Position numbers and translations under genes: made by a program
Notes under the pieces: generated by a model
What the model was told of the DNA's origin: nothing
The model's database searches: none
What the model saw: the letters and a program-made list of their open reading frames with translations, nothing else
Shown here: positions 51,315 to 61,388 of the stretch, in pieces
Position numbering within the stretch: position 1 is the first letter of the stretch
Layout of the letters: each line of letters starts with the position of its first letter
Assembly: GCA_963737905.1 (NCBI GenBank)
Contig: CAVTUQ010000010.1
Span: forward strand, 64,001 to 128,000
DNA: 64,000 bases
Direction: 5' to 3'
Origin: an uncultured delta proteobacterium
GTDB lineage: Bacteria; Desulfobacterota; Binatia; UBA9968

Positions 51315-52670
51315 TGTTGTAGCAAAGTGATTATGTCAGGGGTCAATAGCAACGTGATTATGTCAGGGTATGGGGATGAGAACCCTGACGATGAAGGAAG
51401 AGAAGCGGTTAGAGATTATACAAAGAGTGTTTCGAGGCGAGTTAACGATGGGGAAGGCATCGTTGGTGCTGGGAGTCAGTGAGCGGCAGTGCTACCGGAT
51501 CAAGGCACGGGTTAAGCAGACAAGGAGTTAAGGGAGTGGTGCACGGCAATCGGGGGCGGCTGTGTAAGCGTAAGATCAAGGAGAAAGAGGTCAAGCGCAT
51601 CGTGGAGTTAGCCAAGGGGAAGTACCGGGGGTTTAACGATCATCATTTGACGGAGAAGCTCAAGGAAGAGGAGAAGATCGAGCTGAGTCGGGAAAAGATT
51701 CGGCGTCTTCTTCGTTTTCACGGGATCGCTTCGCCGAGAAAGAGACGTGCGAACAAGCATCGAAGCCGCCGGGAGAGAAAGGCGGCTGAGGGGATGATGC
51801 TGCAAGTGGATGGCTCCCCCCACGATTGGCTGGAAGGACGAGGGCCGTCTTTGTGCTTGATCGGGGCCATCGATGACGCTACGGGCAAGGTGGTGGGAGC
51901 AATGTTTGTCGAAGCGGAGAGTTCTTGGGGCTACTTTCGTCTATTCTCGGAGATCTTCAAAAAACATGGTCTGCCGCACTCAGTCTATGCTGACCGGCAC
52001 TCGATCTTCTGGACTGACAGAGAACCGACCCTTGAGGAGCAGTTAAAGAACCAACGTCCTTCAACCGAGGTGGGCAGAGGCCTGCAAGATCTCGGGGTGA
52101 CCTTGATCCCTGCGGGCTCGCCTCAGGCCAAGGGCAGAATCGAAAGGCTGTGGGGGACTTTCCAGGACCGGCTGGTTAGTGAACTCAGAAGGGCGGGAGC
52201 TAAAACCCAAACCCAAGCACAAGTCGTGATTGAACGGCATCTCCCCGAGCATAACCGCAAATTCTCCAAACCGGCTGTCCAATCAGAGCCCGCCTGGAGA
52301 AAAGCCAGCTCCACCCAGATTGAGCAAGCCCTGTGTTTTAAACAAACACGCACCGTCGCTAAGGACCACACCGTTACCTTTGAAGGCACGCTCTTTCAAA
52401 TCCCCAAAAAATCTCCCTATCGCCCCTACGCCAACAAAAGGATCGATGTGCATGTGCTGTTGGACGGTGCAGTGGAGTTTTTCTACCAAAACGAAAAAAT
52501 CGCTCGCTTCGACTCTAAAACAACGCACAGAATTGGCTTATATCGAACGAACGGCAAGCGGGAAGGGTTCCGCTATGGACCTCTTTCGGCTCTATCAACT
52601 AAAACCCTTGAACTATCACCCTGACATTTTCACGTTGCTGTTACCCTGACAGATTGACGTTGCCACGACA
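51315..52670 (+). mobile_element. IS1202-family (ISNCY) insertion sequence with 17-bp target duplication
   Basis: TGT...ACA ends, two repeated ~25-27-bp units at each end, flanking direct repeat TGTTTCAAGACCGATAA at 51298-51314 and 52671-52687. Confidence 0.92.
51376..52624 (+). CDS. DDE transposase, IS1202/ISNCY type (1-bp frameshift near 51514)
   Basis: N-terminal HTH MRTLTMKEEKRLEII...LGVSERQ, then HGNRGR, QVDGSPHDW, YADRHSIF, PQAKGRIERLWGTFQDRL. Confidence 0.92.
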
Positions 52671-53192
52671 TGTTTCAAGACCGATAAAAACTCAGTCTCA
52701 AGGTCATTGGCAAGTACGCCCGTATTAGCGAGGCGGACGCTTTGGAAGAAACCTATCAGCACTACGCCGTCAAAGTCATGCCGAAAGTGCCATATCCGAC
52801 AACCAAAGGAATTCAGATGGTGTTGGACGAAATCGGCTCCCGCGACGCCAAAGCCAAGAATCTTTCTCCCCCAGCTCTGATCAACGTGAATTATCTAAAC
52901 GAGCTAGAACAGAGCGGATTCATCAAAAGTCTGTACGGCGAGTAGCCCTAATCATCCACCCGAGATCATGACCGAATAGCAAGCCTCTCCGGTGCTTTGC
53001 AATGGGGCCTTTTGAGGAACGGCGTTGTCGGGCTGCTGGAAAATGCCCTCCATGATCCTAACCTTCAGTAAGAACCGCATAGTTTACCTCCTGACAGTTT
53101 GGTTTTGTTGAATTCATGCAGGGCGTCGATATCGTTGTATCTTCAACTGCCCAATCACCGGATGCGGAGAGTGCACCGACGAGATCGCGTTC

Positions 53193-54304
53193 CTATTGTT
53201 TGATGTGTTTCGCAGTTGCCTCGGGCCGACCTCGCCGCCGTATACGTTGCCTTTCGCATCCACCGCTATGCCCTCCGCCGCGCTGGTTCCCTTCATTTCG
53301 AGCGGGTCGGGAATGCGGTACAGAACCTTGCCGTCTTTGAGGTTTCCGATCCGGATACCTCTCTTCCATCCTGGGTGCGGGGCCACGCCGTTGGATTCGG
53401 AATCGGCCACATAGATCATGTCGTTCCGGATGTAAACACCGCTCGGGCGACTGAATTGCTTCCACTCTCCAAGGTACTTCCCGTCTTGATCGAAGATCTG
53501 GATGCGCATGTTTCCCCGGTCGGCAACGAAAAGTCGTCCCTGCGCATCCATGGCAAGGTCGTGAGGCCCCCTGAATTCTCCCGGCCCCGATCCCAACTTA
53601 CCAAAGGACTTAATAAACTTGCCGTCCTTCGTGAACTTGGAGATGCGTGAAACGGTCTCCGGCGGAGCTTGGGGGCTCTGGTTGTGACCCTCCGAGACAA
53701 AAACGTCGCCATTCGGAGCCATTACAACACTGGTCGGCTGGGTCAAGGCGTCCGGTGGACTTCCGGCCACCCCCGGCTTCCCGAGCATCAAGAGGACCTT
53801 GCCGTCCGGACTAAACTTAACGACGACGTGGCCCTTTCCTTCTTCTCCCGGGAACTTCGTGAGTTCTCGCTCGTTTGCAGATCTTTGGTCAGCCACCCAG
53901 ACGTTCCCGTCACGATCCATATAGATCTTGTGGGGAAAAATAAACATGCCAGCGCCAAAGCTCTTCACCAGGTTGCCGGATGAATCAAACTTTAGGACCG
54001 CTGGCAAGGTTGAACCAGCGCAGCTGTCGTACTGGAACGCGGATGCGTCGGGTGGAGTATCGGGATTCGCGCCGCATCGGTCTGCAACCCATACGGATTC
54101 GCCATCGTTATCGATGGCGACCGCGTTCAGTGCCCCCCACGTCCTTCCCTCGGGGAGTTTTCCCCACGGTGCGGTGGTTCGGTACGGATTGGGCAGGTCG
54201 TTGGTGGGCGGGTCTTCATCCTGAGTGTATGCTCCGCCACCACACAGTGTCAGCGCGGCGACGGTCATGAGCATCATCCACCTGGATCGATCTGTATGCA
54301 GCAT
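53193..54304 (-). CDS. Secreted NHL-repeat protein (PAL/6-bladed propeller-like; frameshift near 53212)
   Basis: Signal peptide, G.G.FIFPH, G.GPGEFRGPH.LA.D.QGRLFVADRGN.RIQIFD. Confidence 0.88.
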
Positions 54305-54397
54305 CGGAGCACTCCTTTCTCTCAAGCTTAACGGAGACGGAGCCTGTCAATGAAATGAGACACGCCCGATTGAGAAATTAGACTACAATATCCTCGC

Positions 54398-55507
54398 TCA
54401 GCTGATTTCCCCCCCTAGCCAGACCCTTACCGATGGCTGATCGTTCGTTATAGGGCAATTATGGAAGCCGTTTTTGTGCTCGATGCCCGTCATCGATGAA
54501 TTCATAACCTCTGGGCTCTGCGGCCGAGAGATTTCTCTGGGTTTGTTGATCCATGCGGCAGTCGGTAACAGAGCGGGGCTTGGCAAGCCACGCACAAAAC
54601 GGTGAGGATTTTTCTCATAGGCTTGCTTGAGTACTTCGGTCCTCTGTTCGCGTCGGTTTGCCGCCAGCCCATAGTGAACCTCGTACGGCGTTAAGTATCC
54701 CAAGCCAGAGTGATGATGCTCGTGGTTGTACCAGGGGAAAAACTCGGTCAAGAATCGGTGCGCATCTTGGTAACAACCAAAGCGCTCGGGAAACTCGGGG
54801 CGGTACTTCATGGTCTTGAATTGGCTCTCCGAATACGGGTTGTCATTGGAGACATACGGGCGGCTGTGGGTCTTGGTCACTCCCAGCCCCGCCAACAAAA
54901 ATGCCACCGCCTTGGATGTCATCGGCGCCCCCCGATCCGCATGCACCGTGAGGCACCCGGGCTCGATGTCGTGGCGCTCCACGCTTTGCTCGATGAGTTT
55001 CTTGGCCAACTCGGCCGATTCCCGGTACGCCAGCATCCAGCCCACCACATAACGGCTAAAAATATCCAGGATCACGTAGAGGTAAAAATACGTCCACTTC
55101 GCTGGCCCCAACAGCTTGGTAATATCCCACGACCACACCTCGTTTTGCCCAGTCGCGATGAGCTCAGGGGCTTGATAACGGGGATGTCTGATCTGATCTC
55201 TTCGTTCTCTGACTTGCTGATGGGTTGCCAAGATCCGGTACATCGTACGCTCGGAGCACAGATAGCTTCCCTCATCTAAAAGCGTGGCATAGATTTCCCC
55301 AGGCGCTTGGTCGCAAAACCGCTCGCTGTTAACCACCCCCAGCACGTCCTCTCGCTCGCTTACCGATAAGGCCCGAGGATGAATCCGTTCGGTTACAACT
55401 CCTGGGCTCGGTCGTTGCCATCGGTAGTAGCTGGCCCGCCCAATTCCCACCCCCGCGCAGATCGATTCCACCGTATACGTTGCCTTGTTTTCTCCGACCA
55501 CCCCCAT
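54398..55507 (-). CDS. IS3-family transposase OrfB (integrase core)
   Basis: WSWDITKL, ILDIFSRYVVGW, HADRG, DNPYSESQFKT.K. Confidence 0.93.
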   Translation of the reverse strand: MGVVGENKATYTVESICAGVGIGRASYYRWQRPSPGVVTERIHPRALSVSEREDVLGVVNSERFCDQAPGEIYATLLDEGSYLCSERTMYRILATHQQVRERRDQIRHPRYQAPELIATGQNEVWSWDITKLLGPAKWTYFYLYVILDIFSRYVVGWMLAYRESAELAKKLIEQSVERHDIEPGCLTVHADRGAPMTSKAVAFLLAGLGVTKTHSRPYVSNDNPYSESQFKTMKYRPEFPERFGCYQDAHRFLTEFFPWYNHEHHHSGLGYLTPYEVHYGLAANRREQRTEVLKQAYEKNPHRFVRGLPSPALLPTAAWINKPREISRPQSPEVMNSSMTGIEHKNGFHNCPITNDQPSVRVWLGGEIS

Positions 55508-55917
55508 CAGTCTGTCTCGGCGCTCTTTGCCAGTTCGATCCCCAAAATCTCCGAGACTTTTTTTTGCAGCTCCACTATCCCTTCGGCCCGCTCCGCCCTG
55601 CGCTTAAGCCGCGCATTGTCCCGCTCCAACTCCCGCACCCTCTCGGCTAACGGGTTTTTCTCCCGCCGCTGCGGCCCGCGCTTCCTCCCCTTTAGCCCCG
55701 CCAGCTCTCCGGTCTCCCGTTGCTTGCGCCATGTGGTCAAATTCGACCAGTACAAACCTTCCCGCCGCAAAAGCGCCCCGATCTCTCCGGGCTGCTTGCA
55801 ACTATCCGCCTCTCGCAAAACCTTCGCTTTGTATTCCCCAGTGAACCGCCGCCGCTCCCCCTTCGCCACCACTTCCACCTCCGTTAAAGATTTCACACCG
55901 TTACTTCCTGTTTCCAC
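55507..55917 (-). CDS. IS3-family transposase OrfA
   Basis: RRRFT.EYK..VL.EAD, GALLRREGLY.S.L..WR, ELQKKVS containing an A8 run. Confidence 0.9.
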   Translation of the reverse strand: METGSNGVKSLTEVEVVAKGERRRFTGEYKAKVLREADSCKQPGEIGALLRREGLYWSNLTTWRKQRETGELAGLKGRKRGPQRREKNPLAERVRELERDNARLKRRAERAEGIVELQKKVSEILGIELAKSAETD

Positions 55918-56060
55918 CTGCTTTTCCTTACTCGCCCTCTACACTAAACTATTGGCGGGTAAGTGTCTCATTCACATTGGCAGAGAGGGAGATTCGGATT
56001 GCGAACCAGCGGCGACCCAAGCGAGGTGTTGTCTTCGGGACTCCAGCCTGAGTTGATCGA

Positions 56061-57464
56061 TCAGGTGGTGAGAAGCTTGCCGATCTTTCTTGCATCATGG
56101 AGCTTGTCAAGGTTGAGTAGTGTGTCTTCCAATTGCTCAACGCGGGAGCGCGAGAGAACGCGAGAAGCCAGGAGACGGAATTTTTGGAGCACCTCTTCGC
56201 GCGACATAGGGTGTTTGTCGCTTCCCTTCGCGTGGAAAACTCTCTCGCTGTAGTTCTTGCCGTCTTGCAGCTGGACCTCCATATGGACGCCGTGGCGCCC
56301 TTCGTCTCCCAGCGCTTCGAACTCTGGGTCTTCAACGACTTCTATTTTTTTAGTCGTTTGCAAAACCGTGTCGCTTTGAATGGACTTCTCCGTGATCTGG
56401 TCAACAAAAAAGTCGCGGTCGTGCAGCAGAGCGGCGACGCAGAAGGGGAGATTCATCTGCGCCGTGGTTATGCTCTTTGGCTCATAGGGCCAACCGACAT
56501 GGAGCCTGGTAGCGCGGGTCGTTCGAATGCGGATCTTGTCAATGTTCTCGGCGTTAACCTCCGGGTGATTGTGGAGAATTTTTTTGAGGGCATCGATGGA
56601 TGTGTGATTGCTTCCACAGCAAGGATAAGGTTTACAACCAACGTTGAGCGTTTCAAATCGCTCCCCCAGATCCTGCGTCAGGTGTGACAGGTTGGGGTTG
56701 TCGCAGAAAGTCGAGCAGAAACCGCCATAGGAAGCCTCCAGGACATCTTCGATGCCGGTAAAGCCTTTGTTCGCGAGCAAAGCCCCATAGACACCTGACT
56801 GTGCGGAGCGGCCTGGGTGCATCCGCTTTACCATAGAGGAGTGCTGGGCCGCCATGAGACCCGCGGCTTGAGTGCCGGCAATGCCTAAAGTATGAAGAGT
56901 CTTGACGGGGTCTAACTGGAGCATCTTGGCGGCGGCGGCTCCGGCGGCGAACGTGCCGGAAGTGGCGCTGGGGTGAAATCCTCTGCGGAGCTGGGAAGCT
57001 CCCCCCGTCATGCCGACACGGCAGCCCACTTCATAGCCGGCGACCAAGGCAGTGAGAAACCGTTTGCCATCGACTTTGCCGGCTCGTCGAACAAGGGCAT
57101 CTGCGGCTGGTATTGCTTCCGCGCCGGGATGTATGACTCCAACGCGGTGAAGGTCATCCATTTCGAAGCTGTGAATAAGTGTGCCGTTGGCAAGAGGCGC
57201 GTTGGTGCTGGGGACCTCGGCGCCATCTCCCCAGATGAGCGCTCCCTTTCCTTTTCCCATCTCCTTAGTAAACGAAGTAATTATTTTTCCCCAGGGCAAA
57301 GTAGAACCAAAGAGAGCGCAGCCAAGAGAATCGATGATGCAGAGCTTGACATGCGCGATCACTTCGTGGGGGATGGTTCGATAAGAGAGTCCCGATATAT
57401 ACTCCGCTAGTGTCTGGGTCGGAGAGATCCCCGCAGCAACTTCTTTCACCTGTTGTTTCGCCAT
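56061..57464 (-). CDS. MmgE/PrpD family protein
   Basis: NG...HSFEMDD.H....HPG, GFH.SAT.G, KPYPCCG.NH. Confidence 0.9.
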   Translation of the reverse strand: MAKQQVKEVAAGISPTQTLAEYISGLSYRTIPHEVIAHVKLCIIDSLGCALFGSTLPWGKIITSFTKEMGKGKGALIWGDGAEVPSTNAPLANGTLIHSFEMDDLHRVGVIHPGAEAIPAADALVRRAGKVDGKRFLTALVAGYEVGCRVGMTGGASQLRRGFHPSATSGTFAAGAAAAKMLQLDPVKTLHTLGIAGTQAAGLMAAQHSSMVKRMHPGRSAQSGVYGALLANKGFTGIEDVLEASYGGFCSTFCDNPNLSHLTQDLGERFETLNVGCKPYPCCGSNHTSIDALKKILHNHPEVNAENIDKIRIRTTRATRLHVGWPYEPKSITTAQMNLPFCVAALLHDRDFFVDQITEKSIQSDTVLQTTKKIEVVEDPEFEALGDEGRHGVHMEVQLQDGKNYSERVFHAKGSDKHPMSREEVLQKFRLLASRVLSRSRVEQLEDTLLNLDKLHDARKIGKLLTT

Positions 57465-57610
57465 AAAAAACTCCTTGACGCGCGTGCAGTTCTGTGATTT
57501 TTCATCGGCTCGTAGAAGGGGAGTTGCGTTGCCTACCTACAATATTGTTCGACTCAATCTTTTCCTACTATACCGGCGTGGTTGTCAAGGCATTTAAGAA
57601 GGGAGGGTAT

Positions 57611-58687
57611 GTGAGTACGAAAACGTTGTTCTTTTCAGCTCTGGTTTCTTCGGTGATTGCCCTGGGATTTTCTTCGGTCGGCTCTGCCCAGAGTGCCGCT
57701 TCCGTTCTCAAGCCGTACGAGGCGCTCAAGGGCAAAGAACGGGAACAGAGGCTTAATGAAGGCGCCAAAAAAGAGGGCAGGGTGGTGGTTTACAGCTTTA
57801 CCGCCGTCGACCAGCTGACCCCTCTGCTCGAGGAGTTTCAAAAGAGATATCCGTTTATTAAGGCGGAGCACTACCGGGCCAATGCGACGGGGGTTTTCAA
57901 CAAGTTCACGACTGAAGCACGCGCCGGGCAAACGCTTGCCGACGTCATCGACATCTCCGCCGGTGAGACGTACACGCTGTTACAGATGGGACTCATTGAT
58001 CCTTATCTCTCGCCCAGCCGAGAAGGAATTCCCAAAGAATTCATGGACGATAAAGGGTATTGGACGGCCCACTATCATTTCGTTCTGGCTTTGGGTTTCA
58101 ACACGCAGCATATCAAACCCGCGGAGGCGCCCAAAAGCTACGACGAACTGATCAACCCGAAGTGGAAGGGACGCTTGTCTCTCGATCCGGCGGATCAGGA
58201 TCTATTCGGGGCTCTCTTGCTTCATTGGGGAAGAGAAAAAGCCTTGAACTATTTTAGAAGCCTCGCCAAGCTCGAACCTAGAATGGTTTCAGGACATACG
58301 CAGCAAGCCAATCTCGTCGGTGCCGGGGAGATTCACATGGCGCCGTGGCTCTATGGCTACCGGCCGCTGCAGTTAAAAGACGGGGGAGCGCCGGTGGAGA
58401 CTCTTCTCTTTGACCCTGTGCTGTCCAACCCTGCGTATCTTCTATTAACCAAAAATTCGCCTCACCCCCATGCGGCGGCTCTTCTCATCGATTGGGCCCT
58501 GTCGCCGGATGGCGGCATGAAGTTCTTCGCCGAAAAATTCGGCCGAACGCCGACGCGGACGGGATTGAAGGAGCGCTTCCCTCAACTCCGAGTGGACAGG
58601 TATCTCGTGGTGAAGCCCGAGATCGTAGGACCGAACTTCAAAGAGTTCACCCAGCTCTATAATGAGATTTTTGGGATCGGCAAGTAA
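57611..58687 (+). CDS. ABC transporter substrate-binding protein (AfuA-like class)
   Basis: Signal peptide, EGAKKEG.VV.Y, APKSY.EL..PKWKG, PHPHAAAL. GTG start after GGAGGG. Confidence 0.85.
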   Translation: MSTKTLFFSALVSSVIALGFSSVGSAQSAASVLKPYEALKGKEREQRLNEGAKKEGRVVVYSFTAVDQLTPLLEEFQKRYPFIKAEHYRANATGVFNKFTTEARAGQTLADVIDISAGETYTLLQMGLIDPYLSPSREGIPKEFMDDKGYWTAHYHFVLALGFNTQHIKPAEAPKSYDELINPKWKGRLSLDPADQDLFGALLLHWGREKALNYFRSLAKLEPRMVSGHTQQANLVGAGEIHMAPWLYGYRPLQLKDGGAPVETLLFDPVLSNPAYLLLTKNSPHPHAAALLIDWALSPDGGMKFFAEKFGRTPTRTGLKERFPQLRVDRYLVVKPEIVGPNFKEFTQLYNEIFGIGK

Positions 58688-58839
58688 TCAGTCTTGAGGC
58701 CGTCTTGGAACAGCGACGTTGAAAACTAGAAGTGGACGTGTAGCGTGCAGTTTTCCTTTCGTAGCTCGCTTGCGGCCATCTGCAAAGTCTCCAAAGACGC
58801 TTCCGAGCAGGAATTTTGGCGATGTGATATCATTTGGGG

Positions 58840-59475
58840 ATGCTGAAGTTCAAACCGGCCTTGTTTCTTCCATTGCTGATTCTTTTTGGCTGCTCTCAGA
58901 CAAACACGAATCCCGGAGCGACCTTTTTGGTGGGGCTGAACGGTTATCAGGGGGAGATGGAAAAGCTCGAAGGCCGACCGGAACTTTGGTTCGACCGGCA
59001 GCGAGCCGGGGACTCTTTGAAAAAGACCTATTTAGTGACCTTCGGCGGCTCCCGGGAATTCAATCGCATGGTGGATCTGGACGTAAGACGCCGGGAGTTC
59101 CTCATTACCTTGCGGGCCTCATCGGTGAACCCCGAGCGTGTCAAGGAAATGAAAGAGGAACTGGTCACTATAAATAAGGATGTCGATTCCTTGAAAGAAA
59201 TCGTCAAGAGCCAGGCGGCCAACGCCGAACTGCGATCGCAGCAACAGCCCCAGCAACTCGAAATCGTCGCCGTCATCGGCCTCGTCAATATGGCGATTGA
59301 TTCGTTTGCGTCTATGACGGTTCCGTCCGGTCCGAATCCGCCCAGCACGAAGGTCGGTCCATATGTTGTCAACGACTTCGGCGGCTTATTTTCTACCGTT
59401 ACGACGCCGGAGGGTCAGATCTTTCGTTGCGCGACACTAATTTTTCCGCGAAGAAGGGGCGGGCATCAAGTGTGA
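58840..59475 (+). CDS. Hypothetical lipoprotein (probable C-terminal frameshift near 59445)
   Basis: LFGC lipobox and coiled-coil middle. The alternate frame continues EEGAGIKCEP to a stop at 59512. Confidence 0.65.
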   Translation: MLKFKPALFLPLLILFGCSQTNTNPGATFLVGLNGYQGEMEKLEGRPELWFDRQRAGDSLKKTYLVTFGGSREFNRMVDLDVRRREFLITLRASSVNPERVKEMKEELVTINKDVDSLKEIVKSQAANAELRSQQQPQQLEIVAVIGLVNMAIDSFASMTVPSGPNPPSTKVGPYVVNDFGGLFSTVTTPEGQIFRCATLIFPRRRGGHQV

Positions 59476-59512
59476 ACCGCCCCGGCGAAAAGTCGTAGTT
59501 CGGCGCAATTGA

Positions 59513-59583
59513 AAGTTCAAAGTTCAATGTTCCAGGCTCAACGTTTCAATTCGTTTCGGACTTTGAACATTGAACTTTGAACT
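59513..59583. repeat. Inverted 7-mer array hairpin (same family as 4228-4423)
   Basis: AAGTTCA AAGTTCA ATGTTCC ... TTTGAAC ATTGAAC TTTGAAC. Confidence 0.7.
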
Positions 59584-59655
59584 CAAATATCGATCATGGG
59601 ATGCTCGCCCATCGATCGCTGTTACCAGTAAATAATCCAGGCTGGTAGTTCCTGA

Positions 59656-61015
59656 CTACTTCACATCAAGCAACGCCAGCGCCTCACTCATTTCATCGCT
59701 GGTCGCATCTTTGATATTCCACCAACGGTCCAGCACTCGCGCGGTCTTTTCCTTACCATATACCGGCTCCACCGTGCGCGTGAACTTCTCGCAAACATCT
59801 TGGTCCTTCATCGGATTGTTAGTGTGTCCCAAGGGATCGCGGGGAAAGATTGAAAATATGCGTCCGTCCTTGGTCGTAGCCTTCACTTTCATGGCAACGA
59901 CATTGGGGTAGATCGAATTGACCTCATCGTCGAGGTGAATGTGAATCTTATTCATGAGCGGGCGAATCGCAGGATCGCGGTAGGCGGACTCGTCAAAGGA
60001 CGCAACCGAAATCGTACCGTCCATCAACACTTTGGCAAAAATATAAGGCATGCTGTGGTCGGCGGTCTCGCGGGTCTTCGGGTCCCACTTTTCCGCCTCG
60101 CTGCCGATTTCCGTATAGGCGAAAGTGTAAGTGCCGATATCGATGTCGGTGATTTCGCGCCAGTCCACTTTGGAGCGGATCTCGAGTGCGGCCCACACCG
60201 GCAGCTGGGCGTTGTATTCCACCGGCCAAGCTTTAAGTTGCACATTCGGCGAACGGTAAGGTCCTCCCGCTGTTGGCAGCGGTTCGAATTTAAATGGCCC
60301 GGTGATGAGATCCCACAAACCGTGTTTTCCTTCGAATGGACGATCCGGCCCGGTCATCCCTTCGCCGGCGAGTAGCGCGGCGAAGACGCCGTTGCGGGTT
60401 GCGAACGAAGTCGCCGCGCCTTTCCAGAGCGAAAGCTCACCGGCGCGGGTGTTGCGCATGGGAATATTGGCAACGGCAATGATGGCGACGGCTTGGGCAA
60501 TCTGTTGCGGCGATAGCCGAAGCAGGTGCCCGAGGCCGGCCACGGTACAGATTCCAATCGCGAAACCTTGATCCCATCCTTTATAGCGCAATCCCGTAGC
60601 ATCGCTGATCCGGACGAAAAGCTCGTAGGCGATCACCGTTGCGGCAAGCAATCGACGACCGTCGATTCTTGCAGATTCGGCGATGGCGAGAAAGGCTCCT
60701 TGGCAGTCGCTCGGATGACCGCCGGGATATTGATCGTTAAAATCGAGGTTCCTGATCATTGCGGTGTTCACGAACGCGGCGCTCTCGGCCGTGGATCGTT
60801 CACCGTGAAACAGTATGCGGCCTGGATATCGTTCCGGCGCAGCACCTCGTGCCAGGCGCAGTCCGATTTGTGCCGATTCGCAGTCGTATGCGGCGATGCC
60901 GCATGCCAGGGTGTCGACGAGAAATCTCGTCGCCGCGGCAACGACTTCCTCGGGTAAATGCGTCATATGAAAGTTCGGCGGCGAAATTGGCTATCTCGCG
61001 GGTTAGATTATCCAT
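59656..61015 (-). CDS. MmgE/PrpD family protein, PrpD-like (1-bp frameshift near 60957)
   Basis: MDNLTREIANFAAELSYDA joins LPEEV...; R.LDFND....HPSD, R.GELS.WKG, TRETADHS.PY. Confidence 0.9.
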
Positions 61016-61066
61016 ATTGCTTCAAGACCTCCTCTGCGATTTTCAGAAAGTCTTAACCTTTGACCT

Positions 61067-61366
61067 TCAAGAAAAAAAGCCCAAGTCGCGGTTCCTCAGC
61101 GACCGCGGGAAGTTCGCCGGTTTCTTGAATCTCTTCCATTCCCCGCTCCAGTCGCAACCGCATTGTTTACAGTACCACTCCGTCATGCCTTCCCATTCCT
61201 CACGGTCGGCGCGAGCGGCCTTGCCCTCGTCGATGGATTTTTGGAGTGATGGAGTAATGATGCCGTGGATGATCGGGACGACTTCAGACGAGCCGCATTC
61301 GGGGCAAACCGGCGGTGTTTTTTGTCGTGTAAGCTTGCTTTGCTTCCGCGCCATTTCTTCGGTCAT
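61067..61366 (-). CDS. Small zinc-ribbon-like protein
   Basis: CPECGS..V.PI.HG ... W.CKQCG. Confidence 0.65.
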   Translation of the reverse strand: MTEEMARKQSKLTRQKTPPVCPECGSSEVVPIIHGIITPSLQKSIDEGKAARADREEWEGMTEWYCKQCGCDWSGEWKRFKKPANFPRSLRNRDLGFFS

Positions 61367-61388
61367 CACCACCGGAAGGCAATGGGTC

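Larger units (their letters stand above)
50591..52945 (+). pseudogene. NMT1/SsuA-like ABC substrate-binding protein interrupted by an IS
   Basis: Signal peptide, F.KHGLEVELI, LKGKKIGISRFG; breaks at HCFKTD (51314) and resumes after 52670 with LKVIGKY...ELEQSGFIKSLY. Extra 1-bp shifts near 50915 and 52688. Confidence 0.88.
54338..55989 (-). mobile_element. IS3-family insertion sequence
   Basis: orfA plus orfB; IRs TGTCAATGAAATGAGACAC (54345) and TGCCAATGTGAATGAGACAC (55982, minus strand); AGA direct repeat 7 bp outside both IRs. Confidence 0.88.

Noticed and set aside
53029-53044. GGGCTGCTGGAAAA as an IS end remnant
   Set aside because: No partner repeat or transposase fragment nearby; too short to support.
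61232-61262. CTCCA-periodic sequence inside the zinc-ribbon gene as an exapted intergenic repeat
   Set aside because: Only about three degenerate units, encoding plausible protein sequence; could be chance.
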